Positions 13,101 through 26,559 of a DNA stretch of 64,000 bases are shown here, in pieces. Position 1 is the first letter of the stretch. Every line of letters starts with the position of its first letter. Source of the stretch: Ranitomeya imitator (taxonomy: Eukaryota); contig NC_091288.1 of the NCBI RefSeq assembly GCF_032444005.1, positions 215,574,001-215,638,000 on the forward strand, given 5' to 3'. A program made the position numbers and the translations under genes. The notes under the pieces were generated by a model. That model saw only the letters and a program-made list of their open reading frames with translations, did not search any database and was not told where the DNA came from.

Positions 13101-16100
13101 CTGCAGAATATGGCGGTGCTCTATGGAGCTGCCCATCATTCTGATTCTGCTCTCCACCTTCTCAGGGTATGGGGTGCAATACGACTTTCTGGACCCTCGG
13201 CAGCTTCGCTCCTCTCTGGAGACGTTTCTGGTCCAGAGACTCTTTTTGGCCGGGCAAATCAATGGCACCACTGGGTACGAGGAGGCGGCTGCTCAGGTAT
13301 GTAACGGATGTCCGCTCAGGTACAGTGGCATGTGAAAGTTTGGGCACCCCTGGTCAAAATTACTCTTATTGTGAACATGTAAGCAAGTTGAAGATGAAAT
13401 CATCTCTAAAAGGCCTAAAGTTACAGATGACACATTTACTTTGTATTTTTGACTAATAAAAATTGTCATTTTTTTACATTTTAAAATTACAAAAGGAAAA
13501 ATGGGCCGATGCAAAAGTTTGTGCACCCTTGGAGATTTATGTGCACAGATAACTTTGACCAAGGTTTCAGGCCTTAATTAGCCTGTTAGGGTAATGGCTT
13601 GTTCACTATCATCGTTAGGAAAGGCAGGGTGATGCAAATTTCCGGCTATAAAAACCCAGCCTCCTCTAACCTTGTGCCAAAACCAGCAGCCATGGGTTCT
13701 TCCTCGCAGCTGCCGAGCGCTCTGAATATCAAAAAGGTGGAGGCTCGCAAAGCAGGAGGAGGCTATAAGAAGATAGCAAAGCGTTTTCAAGTTGCCCTTT
13801 CCTCAGTTTGAAATGTAATTAAGAAATGGCTGTTACCAGGAACAGTGGAGGTCAAGATAAGGTCTGGAAGAACAAACAAAATTTCAGTGAGCTGTTCATA
13901 GGATTGTTAGAGAGGCAAATCAGAACCCCAGCTTGACTGCAAAAGACCTTCAGAAAGATTTAGCAGACTATGGCGTTGTGGTACATTGGTCTATTATTCA
14001 GAGACACCAGCACAAACAAGAGCTTCATGTGAGAATCATCAGAAGAAAACCTCTCCTGCTTCGTCACCATAAAATTCAGCATCAGAAGTATGCAAAAGAA
14101 CATCTAAACAAGCCTGATGCATTTTGGAAACAAGTCCTGTGGACCGATGAGATCTCTGGCCACAATGATCAAAGGTGGAGAAAAAAGGGCACAGAATTTC
14201 AGGAACAGAACATCTTGCCAACCGTTAAGCATGGGGGGGTCAATCATGCTTTGTGGAGGTTCTGCAGCCAATGGCACAGGGAACATTTCACGGGTAGAGG
14301 GAAGAATGGATTCAATTAAATTTCAGCAGATTCTTGATGCAAACATAACACCATCTGTAAGAAAGAGGAAGGTGAAGAGGATCGTCACAATCCACAATAG
14401 ATGACCTCAAAAGGTGCAAGATGAAAGTTTTACAATGGCCCTCACAGTCCCCTGATCTGAACATCATTGATAATCTGGCTAGACCTCAAAATAGCAGATG
14501 AAGCAAAACGGCCCAGGAATCTCACAGAACTGAAGGAATTCTCCAAGGAAGAATGGAGGAAAATCCCTCGAACAAGAATTGAAAGACTGGCTGACTACAA
14601 AAAATATATTTTACAGTTTAGAAATTACAAAAAGGAAAATGGGTTGATGCAAGTTTGTGCACCTTGCATGGTTAGTACTCAGTATCTCCCACTTTTGAAA
14701 GTATCACAGCTTGTAAATGCTTTTTTTTTGCCTAAACTACAAAAGAAATGTGTCATCTGTAACTTTAGGCCTTTTAGAGATCATTTCGTCTTCAACTTGC
14801 TTAACTGTTCACAATAACAGTCATTTTGACGAGGGGTGCCCAAACTTGCCACTGTACGCAGCGGGTGACTCCTCAGGTACGCAGCGGGTGACTCCTCAGG
14901 TACACAGCGGGTGACTCTTAAGGTACGCAGCGGGTGACCCATCGGGTACGCAGCGGGTGACTCCTCAGGTACGCAGCGGGTGACTCCTCAGGTATGCAGC
15001 GGGTGACTCCTCAGGTACGCAGCGGGTGACTCAGGTACGCAGCGGGTGACTCCTCAGGTACGCAGCGGGTGACCCATCGGGTACGCAGAGGCTGACTCCT
15101 CAGGTATGCAGCGGGTGACTCCTCAGGTTCGCAGCGGGTGACTCCTCAGGTTCGCAGCGGGTGACTCCTCAGGTATGCAGCGGGTGACCACCTCAGGTAC
15201 TTAGCGGGTATCCCCTCAGGTGCGCAGCAGCGGGTGACCCCTCAGGTATGCAGCGGGTGACCCCTCAGGTAAGCAGCGGGTGACCCCTCAGGTACGCAGC
15301 GGGTGACCCCTCAGGTACGCAGCGGGTGACCCCTCAGGTACGCAGCGGGTGACCCCTCAGGTACGCAGCGGGTAACCCCTCAGGTGCGCAGCAGGTGACC
15401 CCTCAGGTATGCAGTGGGTGACCCCTCAGATGCGCAGTGGGTGACCCCTCAGGTACACAGCAGATGACTCCTTAGGTACGCAGCAGGTGTCCCCTTTGGT
15501 ACGCAGCGGATGTCCCCTTAGGTACGCAGGGGGTGACCACCTCAGTTACGCAGCGGGTGACTCCTCAGGTACGCAGCGGGTGACTCCTCAGGTACGCAGT
15601 GGGTGACTCCTCAGGTATGCAGCGGGTGACCTCTTAGGTGCGCAGCGTGTGACCTCATGTGTGCAGCGGGTGACCTCTCATGTGCGCAGCGGGTGACCCC
15701 ACCTGCCCTCTGTGACTTCTTTACCTCCCATTTCTTCATTGTGTTTAACTCTTACCTGTCCTTTCAGGGGATCATTGCAGGAATAAATGCCGCCCTCAGG
15801 GCTGCAGGTCGTCCTGCCTTCACCGTGAGCCGCACGGAGGGATACATCGGGGTCCTTATTGATGACCTGACGACGCAGGGTACGCGGGAGCCGTACCGCA
15901 TGTTCACCAGCCGCGCAGAGTACCGCATGACGCTGAGACCGGACAATGCGGATACACGACTCTCGCTGAAGGGTGAGCAGGAGGAGGTGGCGGGCGATGG
16001 AGAAGGGGTCTCATGATTAACCCCTCCTATAAGGGAGGGTCATGTGCAAAATTGAAAATTCTGCGTCTTTCTAATATATGCCGTTTACTTGCCGTTTCTT

Positions 16101-18732
16101 CTTGCTGTCAGTGACTAGAACCATCATCGCTTGATACTAGTCACAGCTGAGGGTTTGCTGCAGTTGTGACCAGTGTAGATCAGGGTTGGCTGATCTTCAT
16201 GGTTGTCACGTTCTTGTATTTTCTCAGGGTATGAAGTAGCGGGCTGTGTCTCTCGGGAGAGGTATGACCGCGCTCGGACCACCAGGGAAGCTTTGGATGA
16301 CGGGCTGGCTGCTCTCCGCTCCCTCCAGTTTTCATCTGTCAAGTGGCAGAAGTTGGTTCCGGAGGCGGCCATCAGCAGTACCCGGGCCAGCGCTCTCAGG
16401 TACATGACCTACAGGGGTCCTGGCCGATGTATAGACTGAGCAGTGAGCCGGACCCCTCCAGACACGGCGCTCACATGGTGGTCTCCTCCTCTAGTGGCGT
16501 GGAACTGCTGCGATACTACGGGGTGGAGGTCCGGACCCTCGCCGCGCTGTTTCCTGACCTTCTGCGCAGGTTTAGTGAAAAGCAGGATGTGGCGCAGCGT
16601 TTACGGATAGAAGGTAAATCCAGGGGTGGTTATGGGGGGCTGCTGGGGGCCACGCTGCCGAAATCTGCATAGAGTCCTGCCCTTTCTTACCTCTCACTTC
16701 TTTATAGATTTTTATTTCCTTGTTAAAGATCTTTGCTCTCAGTCAATGAATATTGTTGTCATGGCTAAAATACGGCCTCAACTCGGGACACTCCGAGATC
16801 TGATTCCTCCGCGCCGCTAGATGATACGGGTTCTGTATTGCAGCTTTGTATGAGCTATACGTCACCTACCAACACAAAGAGATCGCGGAGGTCCAGAGGG
16901 ACGAGTCATTAGTATTACCCGAAAACCTGGACTACATGAGCCTCGATGTCGCCCTATCTAATGAAGTCCGGGAGAAACTATCAGTGAGTCGCCCTGAGAC
17001 GGTAAGAATTATACATGAGGAAATGTAATACTGCCCCTGTGTACAAGGATATAACTACTATAATACTGCTCCTATGTACAAGAATATAACTACTATAATA
17101 CTGCTCCTATATACAAGAATATAACTACTATAATACTGCTCCTATGTACAAGAATATAACTACTATAATACTGCTCCTATATACAAGAATATAACTACTA
17201 TAATACTGCCCCTATGTACAAGAATATAACTACTATAATACTGCCCCTGTGTACAAGGATATAACTACTATAATACTGCCCATATGTACAAGAATGTAAC
17301 TACCATAATACTGCCCCTATGTACAAGAATATAACTACTATAATACTGCCCCTATGTACAAGAATATAACTACTATAATACTGCCCCCTATGTACAAGAA
17401 TATAACTACTATAATACTGCTCTTATGTACAAGAATATAACTACTATAATACTGCCGCTATGTACAAGAATATAACTACTATAATACTGCTCCCTATGTA
17501 CAAGAATATAACTACTATAATACTGCTCCCTATGTACAAGAATATAACTACTATAATACTGTCCCTATATACAAGAATATAACTACTATAATACTGCTCT
17601 TATGTACAAGAATATAACTACTATAATACTGCTCTTATGTACAAGAATATAACTACTATAATACTGCTCCTATGTACAAGAATATAACTACTATAATACT
17701 GCTCCTATGTACAAGAATATAACTACTATAATACTGCTCCTTTGTACAAGAATATAACTACTATAATACTGCTCCTATGTACAAGAATATAACTACTATA
17801 ATACTGCTCCTATGTACAAGAATATAACTACTATAATACTGCCCCCTATGTACAAGAATATAACTACTATAATACTGCTCCTATGTACATGAATATAACT
17901 ACTATAATACTGCCCCTATGTACAAGAATATAACTACTATAATACTGCTCCTATGTACAAGAATATAACTACTATAATACTGCCTCCTATGTACAAGAAT
18001 ATAACTACTATAATACTGCTCCTATGTACATGAATATAACTACTATAATACTGCTCCTATGTACAAGAATATAACTACTATAATACTGCCCCTATGTACA
18101 TGAATATAACTACTATAATACTGCCCCTATGTACAAGAATATAACTACTATAATACTGCTCCTATGTACAAGAATATAACTACTATAATACTGCTCCTAT
18201 GTACATGAATATAACTACTATAATACTGCTCCTATGTACAGGAATATAACTACTATAATACTGCTCCTATGTACATGAATATAACTACTATAATACTGCT
18301 CCTATGTACAGGAATATAACTACTATAATACTGCTCCTATGTACATGAATATAACTACTATAATACTGCTCCTATGTACAAGAATATAACTACTATAATA
18401 CTGCCCCTATGTACAAGAATATAACTACTATAATACTGCTCCTATGTACAAGAATATAACTACTATAATACTGCCCCCTATGTACATGAATATAACTACT
18501 ATAATAGCACCTGATGCTGTGACTGGTGATTTTCTGGTGCTTCTTTCTCCCACAGATCGGCGCTGCCTTCCGTGTTCCTGGAGTGACTCCTGCCGCCATT
18601 CTGAATTTATTGCGCTATGTCAGATCCGGCATCCGCTCCTCTGAGGCCAGTAAATGGCGCGGTGTTCGCTCTGAGGATGAGCGGCGGTCGCTTCCCGAGG
18701 GCCGGACGTGGCAGCAGCAGCGCACGCTGTAG
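7179..18732 (+). CDS. MTO1: Mitochondrial tRNA translation optimization 1 (GidA/MnmG family), 13 coding exons, ~701 aa
   Basis: Exons: 7179-7211 (putative first, [11 protein letters not shown]), 11497-11695, 11805-12004, 12088-12205, 12329-12618, 12704-12816, 12892-13082, 13166-13296, 15768-15972, 16228-16399, 16495-16613, 16844-17001, 18556-18732. All junctions are GT-AG and phase-consistent (2106 nt). Motifs: [11 protein letters not shown]-binding site, [61 protein letters not shown]. The first exon is less certain (~0.6). Confidence 0.95.
7280..9640. repeat. 41 bp minisatellite (GATAGGATTAGATACACGGCTCAGCAGTCAGTATCACACAG), ~57 copies, MTO1 intron 1
   Basis: Period 41 measured at 7501 and 7542. 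Confidence 0.97.
9660..11448. repeat. 21-23 bp G-rich minisatellite (GGGGGCAGTGTCAGGGGCTCG), MTO1 intron 1
   Basis: Direct tandem units with variable G-runs. Confidence 0.95.
13323..14854 (+). mobile_element. Tc1/mariner DNA transposon (1.53 kb, inactive) in MTO1 intron 8
   Basis: TA duplications at 13321-22 and 14855-56. TIRs >110 bp start CAGTGGC..AAGTTTGGGCACCCC at both ends. Frameshifted transposase fragments include [32 protein letters not shown]. Confidence 0.95.
14856..15705. repeat. 23 bp minisatellite (CTCAGGTACGCAGCGGGTGACTC), ~37 copies, MTO1 intron 8
   Basis: Direct tandem units immediately after the Tc1 right end. Confidence 0.95.
17025..18505. repeat. 35 bp AT-rich minisatellite (ACTATAATACTGCTCCTATGTACAAGAATATAACT), ~42 copies, MTO1 last intron
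   Basis: Direct tandem units filling almost the whole intron. Confidence 0.97.
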
Positions 18733-19519
18733 GACCCGGCTCCGGGCTGTGACACGTTGCGGCTTCTTTCCTCTCGGTTTATAAATAACTGAGGCAGATT
18801 TGTGATTTATTTATTTTTTACTATTTTTAGTTTTACATTTTTTTTGTTATTTTTACCCTTTACCAGAAAGTGGTGACCGGGGGAATTCTCCAGTTTATTC
18901 CCCTCCGTGCTGTTCTTTCTTTGGGCGTCAGACCCCGCAGTGAATAACTTGTTACCATCTTGTTCTCGCTTGTTTTCATTATATGCAACTTTACAAATTA
19001 TTTTATATTTTCTTCTCCACTCACATCCAAATCTGCTGTCAAATTTTTGCCAGTTGCCTAGGAAACGGTCAGCTTCCTGCCTGTCACCTGCTGTCAGTCA
19101 TGTGACTTGGCCTCTGCCTCCTCGCCCCTGCCCGCACAGCTCCCTGTACATCTGTCTGGACGTCCACTCTTCGACCCGAGCCCCCTGGTCTGGACTTGAC
19201 ACCTTTCTCTCTACCAATCACAGTGCGAGCAGTTTGTGATGTCACACACCAGAACCAATCAACTGCTGACTTGTGGCGTCGGTGTGTGAAACGTCCTGGC
19301 AGGTCACTAGTGAAGCTTCTACAGACTTTTTGTACAAATAAACCCAGTGTGATGATTATATTTTCTGCGTCTTATTGTTCTTCACCAGCGCTGATCCCTC
19401 TGTGTTGTCATAAGGGGCAAAGCAGAACTTCTCATTTCAGATCCAGGTTTATGTTTTACTAGCTGAAGAGCCCGGCGTAACTAACTGTGGTTAGTTATAC
19501 CAAATTATAATGATTATCC

Positions 19520-22500
19520 TCCATCCCATAGTCCTGTGCCCATACACCCATCACACATATCCTCCATCCCATAGTCCCGTGCCCATATATCCATCATACA
19601 CATCATCCATCCCATAGTCCCGTTCCCATATACCCATCATACACATCATCCATCCCATATTCCCGTTCCCATATACCCATTATACATAACCTCCATCCAA
19701 TAGTCCCGTGCCCATATATCCATCATACATATCCTCCATCCCATAGTCCCATTCCCATATACCCATCACACATATCCTCCATCCCATAGTCCCGTGCCCA
19801 TATATCCATCATACATATCCTCCATCCCATAGTCCCGTGCCCATACACCCATCACACATATCCTCCATCCCATAGTCCCGTGCCCATATACCCATTATAC
19901 ACATCATCCATCCCATAGTCCCGTTCCCATATACCAATCATACATATCCTCTATCCCATAGTCCTGTGCCCATTTACCCATCATACATAACCTCCATCCC
20001 ATAGTCCCGTGCCCATACACCCATCACACATATCCTCCATCCCATAGTCCCGTGCCCATATACCATATGTGGGAATAAAAGGACTAGAAATAGGAAAAAC
20101 CCAATGTGGCTAAACAAAGAAGTAAGACAGGCAATTAACAGTAAAAAGAAAGCATTTGCACTACTAAAGCAGGATGGCACCATTGAAGCTCTAAAAAACT
20201 ATAGGGAGAAAAATACTTTATCTAAAAAACTAATTAAAGCTGCCAAAAAGGAAACAGAGAAGCACATTGCTAAGGAGAGTAAAACTAATCCCAAACTGTT
20301 CTTCAACTATATCAATAGTAAAAGAATAAAAACTGAAAATGTAGGCCCCTTAAAAAATAGTGAGGAAAGAATGGTTGTAGATGACGAGGAAAAAGCTAAC
20401 ATATTAAACACCTTCTTCTCCACGGTATTCACGGTGGAAAATGAAATGCTAGGTGAAATCCCAAGAAACAATGAAAACCCTATATTAAGGGTCACCAATC
20501 TAACCCAAGAAGAGGTGCGAAACCGGCTAAATAAGATTAAAATAGATAAATCTCCGGGTCCGGATGGCATACACCCACGAGTACTAAGAGAACTAAGTAA
20601 TGTAATAGATAAACCATTATTTCTTATTTTTAGTGACTCTATAGCGACAGGGTCTGTTCCGCAGGATTGGCGCATAGCAAATGTGGTGCCAATATTCAAA
20701 AAGGGCTCTAAAAGTGAACCTGGAAATTATAGGCCAGTAAGTCTAACCTCTATTGTTGGTAAAATATTTGAAGGGTTTCTGAGGGATGTTATTCTGGATT
20801 ATCTCAATGAGAATAACTGTTTAACTCCATATCAGCATGGGTTTATGAGAAATCGCTCCTGTCAAACCAATCTAATCAGTTTTTATGAAGAGGTAAGCTA
20901 TAGGCTGGACCACGGTGAGTCATTGGACGTGGTATATCTCGATTTTTCCAAAGCGTTTGATACCGTGCCGCACAAGAGGTTGGTACACAAAATGAGAATG
21001 CTTGGTCTGGGGGAAAATGTGTGTAAATGGGTTAGTAACTGGCTTAGTGATAGAAAGCAGAGGGTGGTTATAAATGGTATAGTCTCTAACTGGGTCGCTG
21101 TGACCAGTGGGGTACCGCAGGGGTCAGTATTGGGACCTGTTCTCTTCAACATATTCATTAATGATCTGGTAGAAGGTTTACACAGTAAAATATCGATATT
21201 TGCAGATGATACAAAACTATGTAAAGCAGTTAATACAAGAGAAGATAGTATTCTGCTACAGATGGATCTGGATAAGTTGGAAACTTGGGCTGAAAGGTGG
21301 CAGATGAGGTTTAACAATGATAAATGTAAGGTTATACACATGGGAAGAAGGAATCAATATCACCATTACACACTGAACGGGAAACCACTGGGTAAATCTG
21401 ACAGGGAGAAGGACTTGGGGATCCTAGTTAATGATAAACTTACCTGGAGCAGCCAGTGCCAGGCAGCAGCTGCCAAGGCAAACAGGATCATGGGGTGCAT
21501 TAAAAGAGGTCTGGATACACATGATGAGAGCATTATACTGCCTCTGTACAAATCCCTAGTTAGACCGCACATGGAGTACTGTGTCCAGTTTTGGGCACCG
21601 GTGCTCAGGAAGGATATAATGGAACTAGAGAGAGTACAAAGGAGGGCAACAAAATTAATAAAGGGGATGGGAGAACTACAATACCCAGATAGATTAGCGA
21701 AATTAGGATTATTTAGTCTAGAAAAAAGACGACTGAGGGGCGATCTAATAACCATGTATAAGTATATAAGGGGACAATACAAATATCTCGCTGAGGATCT
21801 GTTTATACCAAGGAAGGTGACGGGCACAAGGGGGCATTCTTTGCGTCTGGAGGAGAGAAGGTTTTTCCACCAACATAGAAGAGGATTCTTTACTGTTAGG
21901 GCAGTGAGAATCTGGAATTGCTTGCCTGAGGAGGTGGTGATGGCGAACTCAGTCGAGGGGTTCAAGAGAGGCCTGGATGTCTTCCTGGAGCAGAACAATA
22001 TTGCATCATACAATTATTAGGTTCTGTAGAAGGACGTAGATCTGGGGATTTATTATGATGGAATATAGGCTGAACTGGATGGACAAATGTCTTTTTTCGG
22101 CCTTACTAACTATGTTACTATGTTACTATGTTACCCATCATACACATCATCCATCCCATAGTCCCGTTCCCATATACCAATCATACATATTCTCTATCCC
22201 ATAGTCCTGTGCCCATTTACCCATCATACATATCCTCCATCCCATAGTCACGTGCCCATATACCCATCATACACATCCTCCATCCCATAGTCTCGTGCCC
22301 ATATACCCATCACACATATCCTCCATCCCATAGTCCCGTGCCCATATACCCATCATACATATCCTCCATCCCATAGTCTCGTGCCCATATACCCATCACA
22401 CATATCCTCTATCCCATAGTCCTGTGCCCATTTACCCATCATACATAACCTCCATCCAATAGTCCCATGCCCATATACCCATCATACACATCCTCCATCC

Positions 22501-25500
22501 CATAGTCCCGTGCCCATACACCCATCACACATATCCTCCATCCCATAGTCCCGTGCCCATATACCCATCATACATATCCTCCATCCCATAGTCTCGTGCC
22601 CATATACCCATCACACATATCCTCCATCCCATAGTCCTGTGCCCATATACCCATCATACATATCCTCCATCCCATAGTCTCGTGCCCATATACCCATCAC
22701 ACATATCCTCCATCCCATAGTCCCGTTCCCATATACCAATCATACATATCCTCTATCCCATAGTCCTGTGCCCATTTACCCATCATACATAACCTCCATC
22801 CAATAGTCCCATGCCCATATACCCATCATGCACATCATCCATCCCATAGTCCCATTCCCATATACCAATCATACATATCCTCCATCCCAGTCACGTGCCC
22901 ATATACCCATCATACACATCCTCCATCCCATAGTCTCGTGCCCATATACCCATCACACATATCCTCCATCCCATAGTCCTGTGCCCATATACCCATCATA
23001 CATATCCTCCATCCCATAGTCTCGTGCCCATATACCCATCACACATATCCTCCATCCCATAGTCCCGTTCCCATATACCAATCATACATATCCTCTATCC
23101 CATAGTCCTGTGCCCATTTACCCATCATACATAACCTCCATCCAATAGTCCCATGCCCATATACCCATCATACACATCCTCCATCCCATAGTCCCGTGCC
23201 CATACACCCATCACACATATCCTCCATCCCATAGTCCCGTGCCCATATACCCATCATGCACATCATCCATCCCATAGTCCCGTTCCCATATACCAATCAT
23301 ACATATCCTCTATCCCATAGTCACGTGCCCATATACCCATCATACACATCCTCCATCCCATAGTCTCGTGCCCATATACCCATCACACATATCCTCCATC
23401 CCATAGTCCCGTGCCCATATACCCATCATACATATCCTCCATCCCATAGTCTCGTGCCCATATACCCATCACACATATCCTCCATCCCATAGTCCTGTGC
23501 CCATATACCCATCATAGACATCCTCCATCCAATAGTCCTGTGCCCATATACTCATCATACATATCCTCCATCCCATAGTCTCGTGCCCATATACCCATCA
23601 CACATATCCTCCATCCCATAGTGCCGTGCTCATATACCCATCATACACATCCTCCATCCCATAGTCTCGTGCCCATATACCCATCATACATATCCTCCAT
23701 CCCATAGTCCCGTGCCCATATACCCATCATACACATCCTCCATCCCATAGTCCCGTGCCCATCATACACATCCTCCATCCAATAGTCCCGTGCCCATATA
23801 TATACCCATCATACACATCCTCCATCCCATAGTCCCGTGCCCGTATATATACCCATCACACATCCTCCATCCCATAGTCCCGTGCCCCTATACCCATCAT
23901 ACACATCCTCCATCCCATAGTCCCGTGCCCCTATACCCATCATACATATCCTCCATCCCATAGTCCCGTGCCCATATACCCATCATACACATCCAATAGT
24001 CCCGTGCCCATATATATACCCATCATACACATCCTCCATCCTATAGTTCTGTGCCCCTATACCCATCATACATATCCTCCATCCCATAGTCCCATGCCCA
24101 TATACCCATCATACACATTCTCCATCCCATAGTCCCGTGCCCATATACCCATCATACATAACCTCCATCCCATAGTTCCGTGCCCATATACCCATCATAC
24201 ACATCCTCCATCCAATAGTTCCGTGCCCATATACCCATCATACACATCCTCCATCCCATAGTCATGTTCCCATATACCCATCATACACATCCTCCATCCC
24301 ATAGTCCAGTGCCCATATACCAATCATACACATCCTCCATCCCATAGTCCCGTGCCCATATACCCATCATACACATCCTCCATCCCATAGTCTCGTGCCC
24401 ATATACCCATCATACACATTCTCCATCCAATAGTTCCGTGCCCATATACCCATCATACATATCCTCCATCCCATAGTCCAGTGCCCATATACCCATCATA
24501 CATATCCTCCATCCCATAGTCCCGTGCCCATATACCCATCATACACATCCAATAGTCCCGTGCCCATATATATACCCATCATACACATCCTCCATCCTAT
24601 AGTTCCGTGCCCCTATACCCATCATACATATCCTCCATCCCATAGTCCCATGCCCATATACCCATCATACACATCATCCATCCCATAGTCCTGTGCCCAT
24701 ATACCCATCATACACATCCTCCATCCCATAGTCCAGTGCCCATATACCAATCATACACATCCTCCATCCCATAGTCCCGTGCCCATATACCCATCATACA
24801 TAACCTCCATCCCATAGTTCCGTGCCCCTATACCCATCATACATATCCTCCATCCCATAGTCCCATGCCCATATACCCATCATACACATCATCCATCCCA
24901 TAGTCCTGTGCCCATATACCCATCATACACATCCTCCATCCCATAGTCCAGTGCCCATATACCCATCATACACATTCTCCATCCCATAGTCCCGTGCCCA
25001 TATACCCATCATACATAACCTCCATCCTATAGTTCCGTGCCCCTATACCATCATACATATCCTCCATCCCATAGTCCCATGCCCATATACCCATCATACA
25101 CATCATCCATCCCATAGTCCTGTGCCCATATACCCATCATACACATCCTCCATCCCATAGTCCAGTGCCCATATACCAATCATACACATCCTCCATCCCA
25201 TAGTCCCGTGCCCATATACCCATCATACACATCCTCCATCCCATAGTCTCGTGCCCATATACCCATCATACACATTCTCCATCCAATAGTTCCGTGCCCA
25301 TATACCCATCATACATATCCTCCATCCCATAGTCCAGTGCCCATATACCCATCATACACATCCTCCATCCCATAGTTCCGTGCCCATATACCCATCATAC
25401 ACATCCTCCATCCCATAGTCCCGTGCCCATATACCCATCATACACATCCTCCATCCCATAGTCCCGTGCCCATATACCCATCATACATAACCTCCATCCC

Positions 25501-25915
25501 ATAGTTCCGTGCCCATATACCCATCATACACATCCTCCATCCAATAGTTCCGTGCCCATATAGCCATCATACACATCCTCCATCCCATAGTCCCGTGCCC
25601 ATATACCCATCATACACATCCTCCATCCCATAGTCCCGTGCCCATATACCCATCATACATAACCTCCATCCCATAGTTCCGTGCCCATATACCCATCATA
25701 CACATCCTCAATCCAATAGTTCCGTGCCCATATACCCATCATACACATCCTCCATCCAATAGTTCCGTGCCCATATACCCATCATACACATCCTCCATCC
25801 CATAGTCTCATGCCCATATACCCATCATACACATCCTCCATCCAATAGTTCCGTGCCCATATACCCATCATACACATCCTCCATCCCATAGTCCCGTGCC
25901 CATATACCCATCATG
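19520..25915. repeat. ~43 bp minisatellite (CCCATAGTCCCGTGCCCATATACCCATCATACACATCCTCCAT), ~100 copies, split by a CR1
   Basis: The same unit lies on both sides of the CR1 (19520-20066 and 22134-25915). Confidence 0.95.
20067..22134 (+). mobile_element. CR1 LINE, 5'-truncated, with uninterrupted reverse transcriptase ORF (20104-22020, 638 aa)
   Basis: RT motifs PGNYRPVSLTS, YLDFSKAFDTVPH, GVPQGSVLGP, FADDTK; the 3' UTR ends in an (ACTATGTT)n octamer tail; no endonuclease domain is present. Confidence 0.97.
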
Positions 25916-26182
25916 ACATCTTCGTCACCATGGCAACCATTATGACAACCATCACCATTGCAACCTATTATGACATCTTTGCCATGGCAACCTTTATGAC
26001 ATCATTGCCGCCATGGCAACCATTATGACATCATCATTGATACACATCCGTTTTTATATATATAGATTTTTTATTTTTATTTTAGATTTTTAAACAGTTT
26101 TTCATGTTTTTTTTGCGATGGAGGTTCGGACGATGTTTTGGATGATACAAGATGGAGCTTTCTGACATTAAAGCTGTTATCT

Positions 26183-26440
26183 ATAGCAACCAATCACAAT
26201 GCTGTTGAAAAATAAAACCCGTACTGTAATTGGTTGCCATGGACTGACTTTTAGACTGTTGAGTCAATGGCAACCAATCACTGCACAGCTTTCATTTCTT
26301 GTAGTGCCCTTGAAAACTGAAAGCTTCACTGTGATTGGTTGCCACCGACAACTTTTTAGACTTAGTCCACAACAACCAATCACTGCACAGCTTTCATTTT
26401 CTGGCGTGCCCTTGAAAGCTGCACTGTGATTGGTTACCAC
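26183..26440. repeat. Three tandem short inverted-repeat (MITE-like) units, CAACCAATCAC...GTRATTGGTTRC
   Basis: Hairpin units at about 26183-26240, 26267-26344 and 26372-26439. Confidence 0.65.
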
Positions 26441-26559
26441 TGGCGCCCTGGTTTGTGGCTATTATTACTTTGAGTCCCCAGGAATCAGTCACGGATTACA
26501 CAGGGTTTCGTTGTGGCCCATTCATCACCACAGGATACGACTGCTCTCCGCCATTACCC

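Larger units (their letters stand above)
19459..26066 (-). mobile_element. Non-autonomous Helitron-like element (~6.6 kb) carrying a minisatellite
   Basis: The minus-strand 5' end reads A|TCTATATATATAAAAAC (26066) and the 3' end reads ..CGCCGGGCTCTTCAGCTAG|T (19459). This gives TC...CTAG termini in an A|T target with no TSD. The 5' arm of the 3' hairpin appears to be missing. Confidence 0.65.

Noticed and set aside
21366-22013. 215 aa antisense ORF (also 31159-31806)
   Set aside because: Shadow frame of the CR1 RT, present in both copies only because they are near-identical.
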